The notes beneath the pieces were generated by a model. The model searched no databases, was not told where the DNA came from, and worked only from the letters and a program-made list of their open reading frames with translations. From Octopus vulgaris (lineage: Eukaryota): a stretch of 64,000 nucleotides of DNA. This document shows, one piece after another, positions 14,173 to 26,760 of this stretch. Position 1 is the first letter of the stretch; each line of letters starts with the position of its first letter. Position numbers and translations under genes: made by a program. The stretch covers positions 56,854,001 to 56,918,000 of the forward strand of contig OX597821.1 of the NCBI GenBank assembly GCA_951406725.2, written 5' to 3'.

Positions 14173-14534
14173 ATAAGTATAACACAATTCACATTCAAAG
14201 CAGTATTAAGAACAACACTCGCAAAGAAACTTCAGAAACTACGCTGCTATATACATAAACAACAAGGAATTAATGAACCGAAAGCATCAACACACTAGCA
14301 TTACATACAATAACTATATCTATCGCACCAACAAATAATATAAAATACATGCATACAGATCCTAAAATCAACACAAGAGGCTTATCACACGCTAAATATA
14401 TCCTAATGAAATAGGGGACATCCGATGGACAATATAAATTTACTGGTAAGAACAACCACGACTAATCGAAAGGACAGAAATAAGGCTTGAAATAAAGTTC
14501 CTCTCAGTTTCCTCTACTCATCCAACAAGGTCTT

Positions 14535-14875
14535 ATTAAGAATGGGCAGTGTAAGTGCATGAGGCCTGGGTCACCTTAGAAATAAGGGCCGCCTACTCAA
14601 CGACCTCAGATCACCAGACATAGATGTCTGTGGCTATCAGCGACACCGGAGCATGAAACCTCGCACCAAACTTTGCAAACAGCAAGTTTTATTCATCTCC
14701 AAGTTGACCAGTGTTTGGAGGAGTAGTCACTAAGTTGTTTCGGAAAGATCTTGATCTTACAATCTTACAATGTGGACTGTCTTCCGGACCAAGAGGATAA
14801 GTCGAGGGCGTTGTAAGTGACCAGCAGCAATTGCCATACGGCCCAATTTGTAACCGCTTACAAACTGGGCAGCAT
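14535..14875 (+). mobile_element. Decayed Tx1/L1-like ORF2 N-terminus (APE endonuclease)
   Basis: Manual translation LRMGSVSA*GLGHLRNKGRLLNDLRSPDIDV/VAISDT resembles the APE start S.N.RGL...K...L..L....DV..I.ET. Confidence 0.55.
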
Positions 14876-14918
14876 GGCTTACAGATTGTTAGGCGTCGAA
14901 AGATATCCTGAGAACATT

Positions 14919-15040
14919 CCGAAACAAAAAATTGTCGATAACCATTATAATTTATGCGTCTCGAAACAATTTTTTAGAGATTTCTATCGGTTTGTTTCGA
15001 GACGCATAAATTATAATGGTTATCGTCAATTTTTTTTCGG
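14919..15040. repeat. Fold-back inverted repeat, ~50-bp arms
   Basis: CGATAACCATTATAATTTATGCGTCTCGAAACA ... TGTTTCGAGACGCATAAATTATAATGGTTATCG. Confidence 0.95.
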
Positions 15041-15162
15041 CATATTTGGCATTAGAATTTTTCTTCTGCCCTTATCTTGTAAATTATATATAAATTTTAC
15101 CTTTAAAGGCATTTTTTGATATGCTGGCTATTGATAAAAAATTTTTCCCGAAAAAAATTTTA

Positions 15163-16782
15163 TCCTATATTAATTATATATATATATATATATATGATAT
15201 AAATTGGACATGGGCGAGCGTTGTATTCTTTCTTGTCTTGAGGTTCACAGCCAAACGGCTGTGTGGATTCACGTGAAAAATGTCACACATTTGGAGACGG
15301 GTGCATAGATTGGAATGCAGTTTGTATTTTTTCCTAGACCCCATAGTTACCGAGAAAATCGATTAAAACTTTTCTAATGGAATCTCTCCGCCAACATTCA
15401 TAACCTCTCTCTCCTTTACTCTGTTACTCACTCACACATTCTCTCACTACAAGTGAATAACAAACTTTCAGTTAACTCTCTCGCCCATATCGCACACCCC
15501 ATCAAACACACACACACACACACGCTCTCTCTCCCTCACAGAGGAATTTTGCAAAAATCCCGCGAAATTTAGAAAAACACACACACGTCCATTCTTTCAA
15601 TTTCTGCTCTCTCATTACACAGGTGTCCAATACAATAGCTCTCACCTATATTTTCTTCTCTAAAAAGGTACGTGTCTATTTTTACTATAAGCGTATAACA
15701 AGGACTTCTTCCATACTTCTCCACTTTACCTTTTATCTTCACTTTTCTTAAATTGGATACGTCTGCTATTAAGTTGCAGAACTTCGGCAGAACAGTTGAA
15801 AATCATTTCTGCTTTACTTCTTACATACAATTTCCCCGTAAATTCTTACAGCTTCATTTTTTGGTGATGATTGAAATATCAAACATTTTCTAACTGTTAA
15901 AGCAATTCTTAACGTCAACTTCTTCACTTTGTGGGGTTAATTATCTTCATATTTAGTTAGTTTCTCATTCAAACGACATAATATGCAGAATTGTTGGATT
16001 AATACAGTAGGGTGTTTTGAGGTAGATTTGGCTGCTATTTCTACCAGGTTTACCTACCATGTAGACGTCTGAATTTCATTTTCATTCACAGATTTGCAGT
16101 TCAAAAATTTCACGTAATCTTTTCCATAAATGAACTATCGTAAAATCTTTCGGTAAATTTTCTACTATGACCTCACATTTTCTATGTATGTGTGTGTACC
16201 TTAAAAGACGTGATTAGACAGAGGTCCAATAGAATAGTTCTCAGAAACAGACTACGTACAAATTCTTTCTTCACAACTCCTGAAGCTGTTTTCTGCGAAG
16301 ATATTTTCACTTCACTCCCTCTATCTCTCTTTCTCATCTTCTTTCTCTCTCATATACACACGCGCAAGCACGCACGCACAAACACACACACACACACATG
16401 CACATACGTCCGTTTCACATATATTCTTTCTATTTCTGCTATCTGCAAATAAAATTTTTATGGATACAACTGCTTACAAAAATAGAGATAAATGTATAAT
16501 TTCTTTCTATGTTCATAATTAAATAAATGTCGTAATGATTAGACAGAGGTCCAGTACAATAGCTCTCAGAAACAGACTACGTACATATTCTTTCTTCACA
16601 ACTCCTGAAGCAGTTTTCTGACGGAGTAGGAGAGAATTTTCTATACAGCTGGAGGCTCCAATCGAAACAGGGGACCCGAAATGATAAGGTTGAGAAACGC
16701 TGTTAGAGATTATGCCTAACCGAAAAAACGATCACAGCCACATCATCCAAACAGACCGGGTGAAACTGGGATTAACTGCTAG
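15163..16782 (+). mobile_element. Non-autonomous Helitron-like element
   Basis: 3' CCGGGTGAAACTGGG hairpin followed by CTAG|T at 16779-16783. Candidate 5' A|TC at 15163 (less certain). Internal ~83-bp duplication at 16212-16294 and 16537-16620. Confidence 0.55.
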
Positions 16783-16794
16783 TATGTATATATA

Positions 16795-16903
16795 CAGTCA
16801 AATCCCTGACTCTAAAAACCACCTTAAATGTTCATATCGCACCAAGAATCTCATGGTGCGATATGAACATTTAAGGTGGTTTTTAGAGTCAGGGATTTGA
16901 CTG
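16795..16903. repeat. Perfect inverted repeat, 50-bp arms, 9-nt loop
   Basis: 16795-16844 is the exact reverse complement of 16854-16903. Confidence 0.98.
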
Positions 16904-17040
16904 CTATTTCGTCATGGTGGTGGCTCTCAGATACCCTTATTTATAGTTGTAAAAAATTATTACCTTTGTATGGTATTTATTCCCATGCTGGCTACTTGAT
17001 AATATCGATATTTAAATATCGATATTATCCTTATTTATAA

Positions 17041-17090
<50 letters not shown>

Positions 17091-17095
<5 letters not shown>

Positions 17096-17852
17096 GATAA
17101 GAGTAAATAATTTCTATAAAGGCTTTTAAAAAAACCCCAATTATTTACTGGTAGAATTCGGTATGTAAATATAGTTTGTCATGCCCGGAGTCCAACTTTG
17201 ATAGAAATAAGCATTCTTGACTGCTATTTCTATTTTTTCGGTATGCGGTCAAGCAACCTGTTTTGCCTGTCCCTTTTTCTTATATACAATATATATACTG
17301 AACTTTACAGAAGTTCCTGCCGGTAATCGGCTATATTTACATACCGAATTCTACCAGTAAATAATTGGGGTTTTTTTAAAAGCCTTTATAGAAATTATTT
17401 ACTCTTATCATTATATTACTATTTGGATTTTTCACTCCCTTTGACAACCTAACTGTAATGCGCATGGCAAAATTTTGGAGGGAAGATTTATGAATTCAAA
17501 CGTCTATGTAGGTTTAGCCTTTGCTCACTTTCTTCAAATATTTTGATGTCGCATGGTCAGAAGGTTTGAGGTACGTAGCATTTGATAAATCTATGATAAA
17601 TCTTTTTCAATGGAAAGCTGTGCTGAAGAAGGATGTGAAATATATATGCAATATATATGAAATATATATCAAAAATATATGGAATATATATTCAATATGT
17701 TTATAATCCAGAAACATGATGTTCACAGATAACCGCCAGACTTCGTATTCGTTATCTATTCCTTCTGTTTTGCATGTGTGAATTACAGGGTCTGTCATGC
17801 CCGGAGTCCAACTTTGATAGAAATAAGCATTCTTGACTGCTATTTCTATTTT
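17091..17852. repeat. Module with 84-bp inverted repeat (17091-17174/17331-17414) and 60-bp direct repeat (17177-17236/17793-17852), bounded by (TA)n
   Basis: Exact matches by inspection. The architecture resembles PLE pseudo-LTR inversions. Confidence 0.9.
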
Positions 17853-17915
<63 letters not shown>

Positions 17916-17926
17916 GTATATTTATT

Positions 17927-17957
<31 letters not shown>

Positions 17958-17977
17958 GAATATTTATTTATATATAT

Positions 17978-19693
17978 GCATGCAATTGTAAAGATGAATC
18001 CTCCTGTCCGTTGGAAAGGAAATGTTTGGTAAAAGTGGTCGTTTATAGAGCCAAGGTGCAAATAGAAGGCTCATCGGAATACAAGACCTATAGAAGGGCT
18101 TCGGAAAATTCGTTCAAAACGCGATTTTATTCGCATAAAAATTCATTTAGATACCCAGAAAATAGGAAGAAGACCAGCCTGGCAAAATATGTCTGGGAAC
18201 TAAAAGAAAAGGAAGCCCCACCTTTCAACGTGACATGGAGCATTCTGGACAGAGCGGCACCATACAGACACGGGGCACACGAGAAAAATTTTAAATGCAA
18301 TCTTTGTCTGCTAGAAAAAATTTATATTTTATTCAAAGACAATAATTCTTTGAATCAAAGAAGCGAACTTTTGAACTCATGCAGGCACGCAACCAAATTC
18401 AAAATGTCGAACATAAATATCCCATATGGATAGAGTATATTTTGTCTTTTTGAATTTTTGATTCTTGGACTAGTCTGTAATCACACCGATGGATTTGTTT
18501 CGCGCTATGCAGATTTTATTCCATATAGCATAGTCTTGTGCATATATTTTGTTTATTTTGTTTATATTTCTACATATTCCTTAGGAAAATCCTTTGACTT
18601 AGTTTATTTCACTTTATTATACTGTATAGGCTTACTTTGGTATTTAATTTATAGATAATCCAAGATAGGGTGTTATATATTTTGCATGTCTTTCGTCTAA
18701 TTTTTATTATTATGCACTCAGCATTTTTAAAAAACAATGTTGTCAGATCCTAGGCATTTTTATGTAAATATGTGTATTGGCATGAATATGTATTTGTAAG
18801 CATACGTCTTTGTATATGTGTAAGTGAGCGTATGTTTGTACTTTTAAGCACATACATACACGAATGTATGTGTATGCATGTATCCACTTGAACTTGTGTG
18901 TTTGCGTACTTGTCTCTATATATATATGTGTCAGTATATGTGCTCACATAATTTGTATACAAATTTTTCTTCTTTCCTTTCCTTCTTTTTCCCTTCTCTT
19001 TTTTCTTTTTTTTCTCTCTTCCTTTCTTTCGTTTTTTTCTCTCCCTATTCGTTACTTGTATAAAGCCCTGTAACTTTACGTCCCCCTCCTCCTCCCTTAC
19101 TTATGTATTTAGCTTTACGTTGTAAATAAGAACGCCCCTTCCCCATCCATGAATTTAGATTATAGTCTATGTGGATACAGTGATTTTGCATGCGAGCTAG
19201 ATTGCGTATACAAATGCGTAAATGCATTTGTGTGTATATTTTAGTTTTCTATTTATATGTCTGTATATGTATGTGGTTGCGCGCATCTATCTGTGTATGT
19301 TGATGTATATATGTATAGTTTAGTATGAGTATGTACTGTTGTGTAATATTTTAAAGCATTTTAATATTTTAATTTCAATTTCCATGTATTAATTATATTT
19401 TCTTTATTAATGACAATGTGTATTTTAATCAAAGATTCCATGTAAGGTTTTTTCCTCGATTTTTATAATTTTATACAGATATATATATATATATATATAT
19501 TTTGAGCTCATTTTTGTTTATCGCTCGAAATTGACCATTATTTGAAAGGACCAATCAAACAAGTCCATTTTTAAAGGTGTAGCGTTTATACTAGTCTTGA
19601 ATTGACATATCAGTTCTATTCTAGCAAAAACTGTCCGACGAACGGGAACGTGAAACTCAGAGTAACAGGTTTTGTTGAATTTTCTGCTGCTTT

Positions 19694-19698
<5 letters not shown>
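17978..19698 (+). mobile_element. 5'-truncated Penelope-like element (Naiad-like): GIY-YIG endonuclease 17978-18433, long 3' region and terminal HHR
   Basis: [78 protein letters not shown]. Both ends abut (TA)n. Confidence 0.85.
19626..19673 (+). ncRNA. Minimal type I hammerhead ribozyme (core CCGACGA)
   Basis: CTGT-CCGACGA-ACG GGAA CGT-GAAA-CTC A GAG-TA-ACAG. Stems I, II and III all pair. Confidence 0.75.
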
Positions 19699-19752
<54 letters not shown>

Positions 19753-20364
19753 GTATATATATGTATATATATGTATATTCATATATGTGAATACGTATAT
19801 ATATATATATATAAGTATATACATATATGTATATGTATATATATATAAATGTATATTTATATATATATATATATGTATATGTGTATATATAAATACATGT
19901 ATATTTATATATATATGTATATGTATATGTATATATATATATGTATATGTATATATATGTATATAGATATGTATATATATATGTATATAATTATGTATGT
20001 ATGTATGTATATGTGTGTGTGTGCTTCTGTGTGAGTGTGTATGTAAGGGAGAGAGACAGAGTGTGCGTGAATGTGTCTGAGTATGTATGTTTATATCTAT
20101 CTGCGTATGTTTGTATCTGTATACGCACAGAGAAATCGATGAAGATAGATAGATAGATCATACATGTATTGATTTTATCGCCTAGACCACGGGCTCTAAA
20201 TAAAGGATAGCATGAAACATAAAGCAGACTTTCCGGAACAAATTTCAGTGTTTTACGTCCTTTGAATTTTCAATTACATTAAAATAATCGCTTCCACGCA
20301 CATGTTAATAAATGAATGGTGTATTTTCAGCATTGTTTGTATACGTACGTACATACATAAATAC

Positions 20365-20395
<31 letters not shown>

Positions 20396-20457
20396 CATAC
20401 ATACATACATGCATAAATACATACATACATACATACATACATACATACATACATACA

Positions 20458-20489
<32 letters not shown>

Positions 20490-20792
20490 AATATAAATAT
20501 ATATATTCTACTATAGCCTCGGGCCAACCAAAACCTCGTGGGTGAATTTGGTAGACGGAAACTGAAAGAAGCCTGCGTATATATGTATATATATGTATGT
20601 ATGTACGTTTGCGTGTCTGTGTTTGTCCCTCCAACATCGCTTGACAACGATGCTGGTGTGTTTACGTCCCCGTAACTTAGCGGTTCTGCAAAAGAGACCG
20701 ATAGCGATTTGCTCGACTAAATGCGGTGCTCCAGCATACCCACAGTCAAATGACTGAAACAAGTAAAAGAGTAAAAGAGTAGAGTAAGAGTA

Positions 20793-20828
<36 letters not shown>

Positions 20829-20850
20829 TGTATATATGTATATATAAATA

Positions 20851-20901
<51 letters not shown>

Positions 20902-20972
20902 ATATATATATGTATATATACAGATATATATATATGTATGTATATACATATATGTATATATATATATGTATA

Positions 20973-21013
<41 letters not shown>

Positions 21014-21016
21014 GTA

Positions 21017-21054
<38 letters not shown>

Positions 21055-21060
21055 ATATAT
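19699..21060. repeat. Compound TA/TATG/TACA microsatellite field
   Basis: Direct inspection. Interrupted by unique DNA and a SINE. Confidence 0.95.
20506..20790 (+). mobile_element. SINE family 2, 5'-truncated, internally deleted
   Basis: Matches the 3' two-thirds of 34107-34506. Confidence 0.85.
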
Positions 21061-21970
21061 TGTGAAAGCAATGAACAAAAACACTATTGATAATATGGGG
21101 GGAATAGATTTTAAAATATTTTGTTAGTTTAACGCTCAAAAAGGAAGAACAAATACAAACTTTTCGAACGCTAGTCTATTAAAAGAATAATATTAGAGGA
21201 TTGTGAAAGAGTAAATCGGTTGAGAAGAAGATATAGAAGGTGACGAGAGAATAACTAGGAGCCGCGAAGGGAAGAATGGTGAGTCTGTGTATGAGCATGA
21301 GGTGGATGGTGGGTGGTAGAATAATTGTGCGTGTGTATAGGTGAGCAAATACGGAAGCACAGTAATGCTGTCGGCTATGATATAACAGCGAATATAACAA
21401 AGGTTGGAGAGGTTGCAAGTGAGAAGTAAAAGGAAGGCGAAAATAATGTAAAGATGTGCTAGGAATGTATTTAAGTATATGATAGTGAGATGCTGATATA
21501 TGGAACAGAATTATGAATATAAGACAAGAAAGAAGGCGGAAGTTCACGAAGAGAATAATATTTCGGCAACGGAAGGAAAGTAATGAGTTATATAGAGACA
21601 GAAGAAATACAATGTAGAACATTGTAAAGCATGTTTACAGAAAGGAGAAAAAAGGTAAGTAGGAAGAAGTAAAAAGGAGGAATAAGAGAGAAAATATGCG
21701 TATACAGAGAGAGAGGTGAGAGAAAATTATGAGAAAAATCGGGAGAAGGTTGGAGGAAAACTAGAGAAAAATTAAAGGAAAGTAATTGCAAAAATTGTCC
21801 ATAATATGTAAAGGAGCTGATAGACGAAAAGTTGTATGGTGATGCACATAGAAAGGTAAGAGAAATGTGTGTAGGACGTGTCAGAGATTAAGACGTTTAA
21901 ATTGAAAGGGAGAAAAAAGAGGAAGTCCTGGAAATTCACAAATGGTGGTAGTGGTAAATATTACGAAAAT
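21060..21970 (-). mobile_element. Probable old PLE 3' end / pLTR remnant
   Basis: TTAGTTTAACGCTC is shared with the PLE end at ~50692-50706 and is followed by the same purine-rich skew. Confidence 0.4.
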
Positions 21971-22245
21971 AAGATGAGACAAAAAGGACAAAGAAGAAGG
22001 TGATTCTGTGTGTGCTTCTGTGCGCATCTTAACACATAAAAACATAGTAGCAGGGAAGATCTGAAACAGCTCTCAAGCAAAACCAAAATTGCAGGGAAGG
22101 ACGAAAGGGTGGGTGTGTAAGAAAATGTGAGTGGATGTAGGTGTGTATTTTTTGCCATATATATATATATATATACACGAGTGGAATTAAAATAGTACTC
22201 GAATACAGGAGATAGAGTGTTATACTTTTTATTATTATAATTACT

Positions 22246-22631
22246 GAGTGAGAGAGCAGTGCATGCCATCAAGGTGATACTGCGGTAAAATATACGAAGC
22301 CCAGTATACCCATCATGTGTACCCATCTGATAAGGGTGCACCAAGCACATGCAACACAACCATATCTGCGTGACATGGTGATCTCATATCAAGATAAACA
22401 GCGCATGACCTTGTAGGTGATGCCAGTTAGAATTTAATTCCGGTCGAGTAGCCCATCCTGCTTGTGCATCAACTATTAATGGACATACTCAACCTGAATA
22501 AGGGTTATTTAGCAGAATATTTGCTGTAGCCCATCTTTTATACCAAGACAAAACAATGTACATAATAACACTTCCAATAAGTTAAGATCAGAAGCCATGA
22601 GAGCCACTACCTGGTAATACATCAGGGCATT
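22246..22631 (-). mobile_element. Non-coding (TAA)n-associated interspersed element, internally deleted copy
   Basis: Homologous to 58230-58752 and 58877-59430, with ATT repeats on both sides. Strand is inferred. Confidence 0.85.
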
Positions 22632-22674
22632 TATTATTATTATTATGATTATTATTATTATTATTATTATTATG

Positions 22675-22728
<54 letters not shown>

Positions 22729-22744
22729 GTCATCATCATCACTA

Positions 22745-22838
22745 TTATTACAGCTGCAAAAATATCACAAAAATCTACTATTCGGAGTTTCAAGTTCCCG
22801 TTCGTCGGGCAGTTGTGATTAAGAATAGAATAAAGTTG
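22745..22838 (-). ncRNA. Degenerate HHR/pLTR copy of the 19626 family
   Basis: Minus strand CTGC-CCGACGA-ACGGGAACTT-GAAA-CTCCGAA-TA-GTAG at 22775-22812. Confidence 0.6.
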
Positions 22839-22850
22839 TATATATATATA

Positions 22851-23661
22851 CTAACAGTATCGTCCGGCGTTGCTCGGGTTTGTAAGGGAAATAACTATAT
22901 AAGCATTTTTAGAGTGTTATAGCCAAAAAATAGCAAAAAAATGCATTAAAAATGGAAAAAAAATTATGGTAAATTATTTTTAAAATCGTAGACTCATCGT
23001 AGACGCGCGCTAATACCCAGAAGGACTCGATATGAATCACGACTATAAGATACCCGGTTTTGGTTAAACTGCACCGCAAAATATGGAAGTAGTTAGGAAT
23101 CTAAATCGTAGGAGACAGACACACAACTTCACTTTTATATATAAAGATTTGTGCAACAACTAAAACATTCGGTTGTGCAAATTGTTTGCACAGGAAACCT
23201 GCCCTGTGTGGCGGTTTTTGCCGTTTTTGTGGATCTGTTTCAGCTTTTTTAGCGATTTCTGTTTTGGCGACTTCAAGCCATGAAGTCGTTGTTCTAAAAG
23301 AACGCTGGTCTCCTTGACCACGCTTAACGACGTTGATTTCCTTACACTCCCTTCCCCACAGTTTCACGAGGGAGGGAAGAAGGGGGAGAAGCAACACAGG
23401 TGCAGGTGTGAGCATGGACGCCAACTCCGCCGCCATCGACACACGAAAAAATATGCGTTAAAATGAAAAAAAATTATGGTAAATTATTTTTTAAATCGTA
23501 GACTCATCGAAGACGCGCGCTAATACCCAGACGGGCTCGATATGAATCACGACTATAAGATACCCGAATTTGGTGAAACTGCACCGCAAAATGTGGGAGT
23601 AGTTAGGAATCTAAATCGTAGGAGACAGACACTCACACAACTACAGTTTTATATATATAGA
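22851..23661 (-). mobile_element. Non-autonomous Helitron-like element with two 5' ends
   Basis: Minus-strand 3' end CCCGAGCAACGCCGG hairpin plus TTAG|T. 5' TC termini at 23147 (TCTTTATATATAAAA) and 23661 (TCTATATATATAAAA). 22936-23147 is repeated at 23447-23661. Confidence 0.7.
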
Positions 23662-23694
23662 TATATATAGATATAGAGAGAGAGAGAGGGAGAA

Positions 23695-23695
<1 letters not shown>

Positions 23696-23788
<93 letters not shown>
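23696..23788. repeat. (GATA)n microsatellite
   Basis: Direct inspection. Confidence 0.99.
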
Positions 23789-23825
23789 CTGTAAACGTAA
23801 TATGTGACAATTATTCGCTAGCCAT

Positions 23826-23886
23826 GATAAAACTCCAAGTTTCGGATGCCGGGGTTGAAATCCACACCACCATCACTTCAGTTATC
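23826..23886 (-). ncRNA. Degenerate type I HHR
   Basis: Minus strand GATAA-CTGAAGT-GATG..CATC-CGAAA-CTTGGAG-TT-TTATC. Core A9 is substituted. Confidence 0.5.
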
Positions 23887-23907
23887 CGGCCATTGGAGAA
23901 AATGCTG

Positions 23908-23973
<66 letters not shown>

Positions 23974-23976
<3 letters not shown>

Positions 23977-24576
23977 GCGGATCTTCTTCTAGCATAAGGG
24001 TTTCCACATAGTGGTAAATTCCCTCTTATATGTATGTAATACTATTTACTGAACCTCAGTTTTTTAATATGCTAGACCACTGATGTTAAACTGATGTTAT
24101 CAAATTAATATCCAGTTTTTCACCCTCATTTTAATTTTAATTTTAAATTAATACGTTTTCAAACCGGCAAAGTCTACTGCAGTAAATTATTTTATGCAGT
24201 ATTATTTCCGGTAATTTAGCGCGCCAAAACGAACACTTTTGAAAAATTACCACACGTATAATGGGTAGAACTGCATGCATATTCAGCCTCGTGTTGATGT
24301 CTGGTGTGTAGTTCTGCAAATTATATTTGTATAGACGATCGTACTGAAGAACTACAAATAAATTATACAAGTAAAATTACGTAATTTGTTGATAGTGAAA
24401 CATTTGTTTATGATTAATCAGTATTTTTGTTACTTTTCATTTGTCTTGCTCGCTTACGTTTCTGCTGTTTGCTAAATTTTCTAGAGAACAATTCTTACTG
24501 GTAAGACCATAGCGGATCTTCTTCTAGCATAAGGGTTTCCACATAGTGGTAAATTCCCTCTTATATGTATGTAATA
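23974..24576. repeat. 68-bp perfect direct repeat (23974-24041 / 24509-24576)
   Basis: ATAGCGGATCTTCTTCTAGCATAAGGG..TATGTAATA occurs twice. The unit is bounded by TA tracts. Confidence 0.95.
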
Positions 24577-24649
24577 TATGTATATATATATTTGATTGAT
24601 TGATTCTAGTTTCAGCTCACGAGCTGTGGACATGCTGGGGCACCGCCAT

Positions 24650-24680
<31 letters not shown>

Positions 24681-25351
24681 AAATATATATCTGTAAATAT
24701 AGAGACCGAATAATTGTCACATATTGCATTTACAGATAAATTCCTCTATTTACATAATATCAAGGTCTCTTTCATTCTTTTGTTGTCTTACCATTTTTAT
24801 CAATATATATATATATATATATATATAAACATTCATGCATATATATAAATATATATACATACATATATATAAATATGTGTATTATGTGTGTAATATATAT
24901 ACATGTGCGTATATGTGCCTGTGTGCTTGTGTGTATGTATGTGTGTGTGTATAAATATATGTATTTAACAAAGTATATCATATAATTCAGCTAGCTCAAT
25001 ATTATAGATGAACTGCAAAATAGTTTAATGTATGATATACCAAGCGCCGTAGACAAAACTTCAATATTAATTGATATTTTCAATTTAGTCGGATAAAAAA
25101 TACAAAAAACCTAACGGCAAACTATTTTCGACTTCCATGGGAATAAATTTTCCTAATTAATGTGTGTGTGCGTGTGTGTGTATGTGTTGGGGAAGCTTAC
25201 GTCAGACGTTACTTCCTAATTTTTTGAAACTATCTCTTTATTCCTTTGGGTGCTTTTGAATTCTTTATCTAACTACAAGAAAAATTTTGATTAAAATTTT
25301 GAGCAACTCATAGCATACACTGCATCAGAATTTAACATTAGCTTTTATTAA

Positions 25352-25443
<92 letters not shown>

Positions 25444-25463
25444 GGATGGATAGATAATATATA

Positions 25464-25828
25464 GGCGCAGGATTAACTGTGTAGTAAGAAATTTGCTTCC
25501 AAACCACATGGTTCCGGGTTCAGTCCGACCACGTTGCACCATGACCAAGTGCTTTCTACTATAGCCTTAGGCCGACAAAATCTTTGCAAGTGGATTTGGT
25601 AGACGGAAACTGGAAGAAGCCCTTTATCGGTATATTTACCTTCTCTAGGATGTTACTAATTGATTTGAGAACTTTATATTTTTGGAAAACCTCTATGAAA
25701 TTAGCTGAAGATTACTTGACATATCATATCTGCTGTAATATTTTCAGCTTAATAAAATGTTATAGTATGAAAAATGGCGGTGCCCCAGCATGGCCACAGC
25801 TTGTGAGCTGAAACTCGATAAAATAAAA
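25464..25828 (+). mobile_element. Diverged/chimeric SINE (family-2 head, alternative tail)
   Basis: Head at 25464-25622. The tail GGCGGTGCCCCAGCATGGCCACAGCTTGTGAGCTGAAAC is also present inverted at ~24605-24650. Confidence 0.7.
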
Positions 25829-25877
25829 TTAAAAAATTGTACTAAATTACCGGATCCATTCTTGTTGCTTATTTTTG

Positions 25878-25911
<34 letters not shown>

Positions 25912-25913
<2 letters not shown>

Positions 25914-26205
25914 GGACTCTCCCGTAGTTAGACGACATATGAAGGTTCGAAAATTCCTTACCGAACGACCACACAGATGATTTGCTTATAGCGATCAAAT
26001 GTTTGTGTAAACATAAACTCACTCCCTCCATCAGATCGACATTACCTGTATAGGTGTAACGGGTACCACATATCAGATGTTGCAATGATCGCAGACCAAC
26101 GTGAAATGAAGTGCTTTGCTCAAGATCACAACGCAACGACCGCAACGTCTGGGAATCGAACCCACGATCTCGCAATCGTATGCGCAACTTAACCACTAAG
26201 CCATG
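25912..26205 (-). mobile_element. tRNA-derived SINE family 3
   Basis: Minus strand A box TGGCTTAGTGG, B box GGTTCGATTCCC, then CTTGAGCAAAGCACTT. Confidence 0.7.
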
Positions 26206-26709
26206 TATATATATATTAAAATGTTGTCTTTTAAAGAAAGCTTATATATAAATACTTGCTGTACAAACAAGTTACACTTTGTGCTTATGAAATGATCATA
26301 TGTTAGTGATCTTGATATGCTGATAAAGAGTTTCGTATATGCAATAAACGAAATTTACTGAGTGTCTTAATTGTTTTTTCCAAGTTGAATTATTCTCCCT
26401 TCCAGCTCCATAGCTTTTTTTTCTGTTTGAATTAGAAGTGACTTTTGGGTATCTGAAATTAACTGCTCTGCTAATATAATCATAAACGGAAACGACTGTG
26501 GCTTCAAAAGATGTCGACTACAATAGCAACTTAATGGTGATTGTACTTCGAAAGTACTAATTTATTATACTTATATCCAACCTAAATACAAGTATCTAAC
26601 TAGGAGTCAAATTACATCTACTGAAAATTGCTTTAAAAATTGCTTTCATACATATATGTATTCTAGAATGTATGCATCTGTGCGTGTGTGTGTGTGAGTG
26701 TGGTGTGTG

Positions 26710-26760
<51 letters not shown>

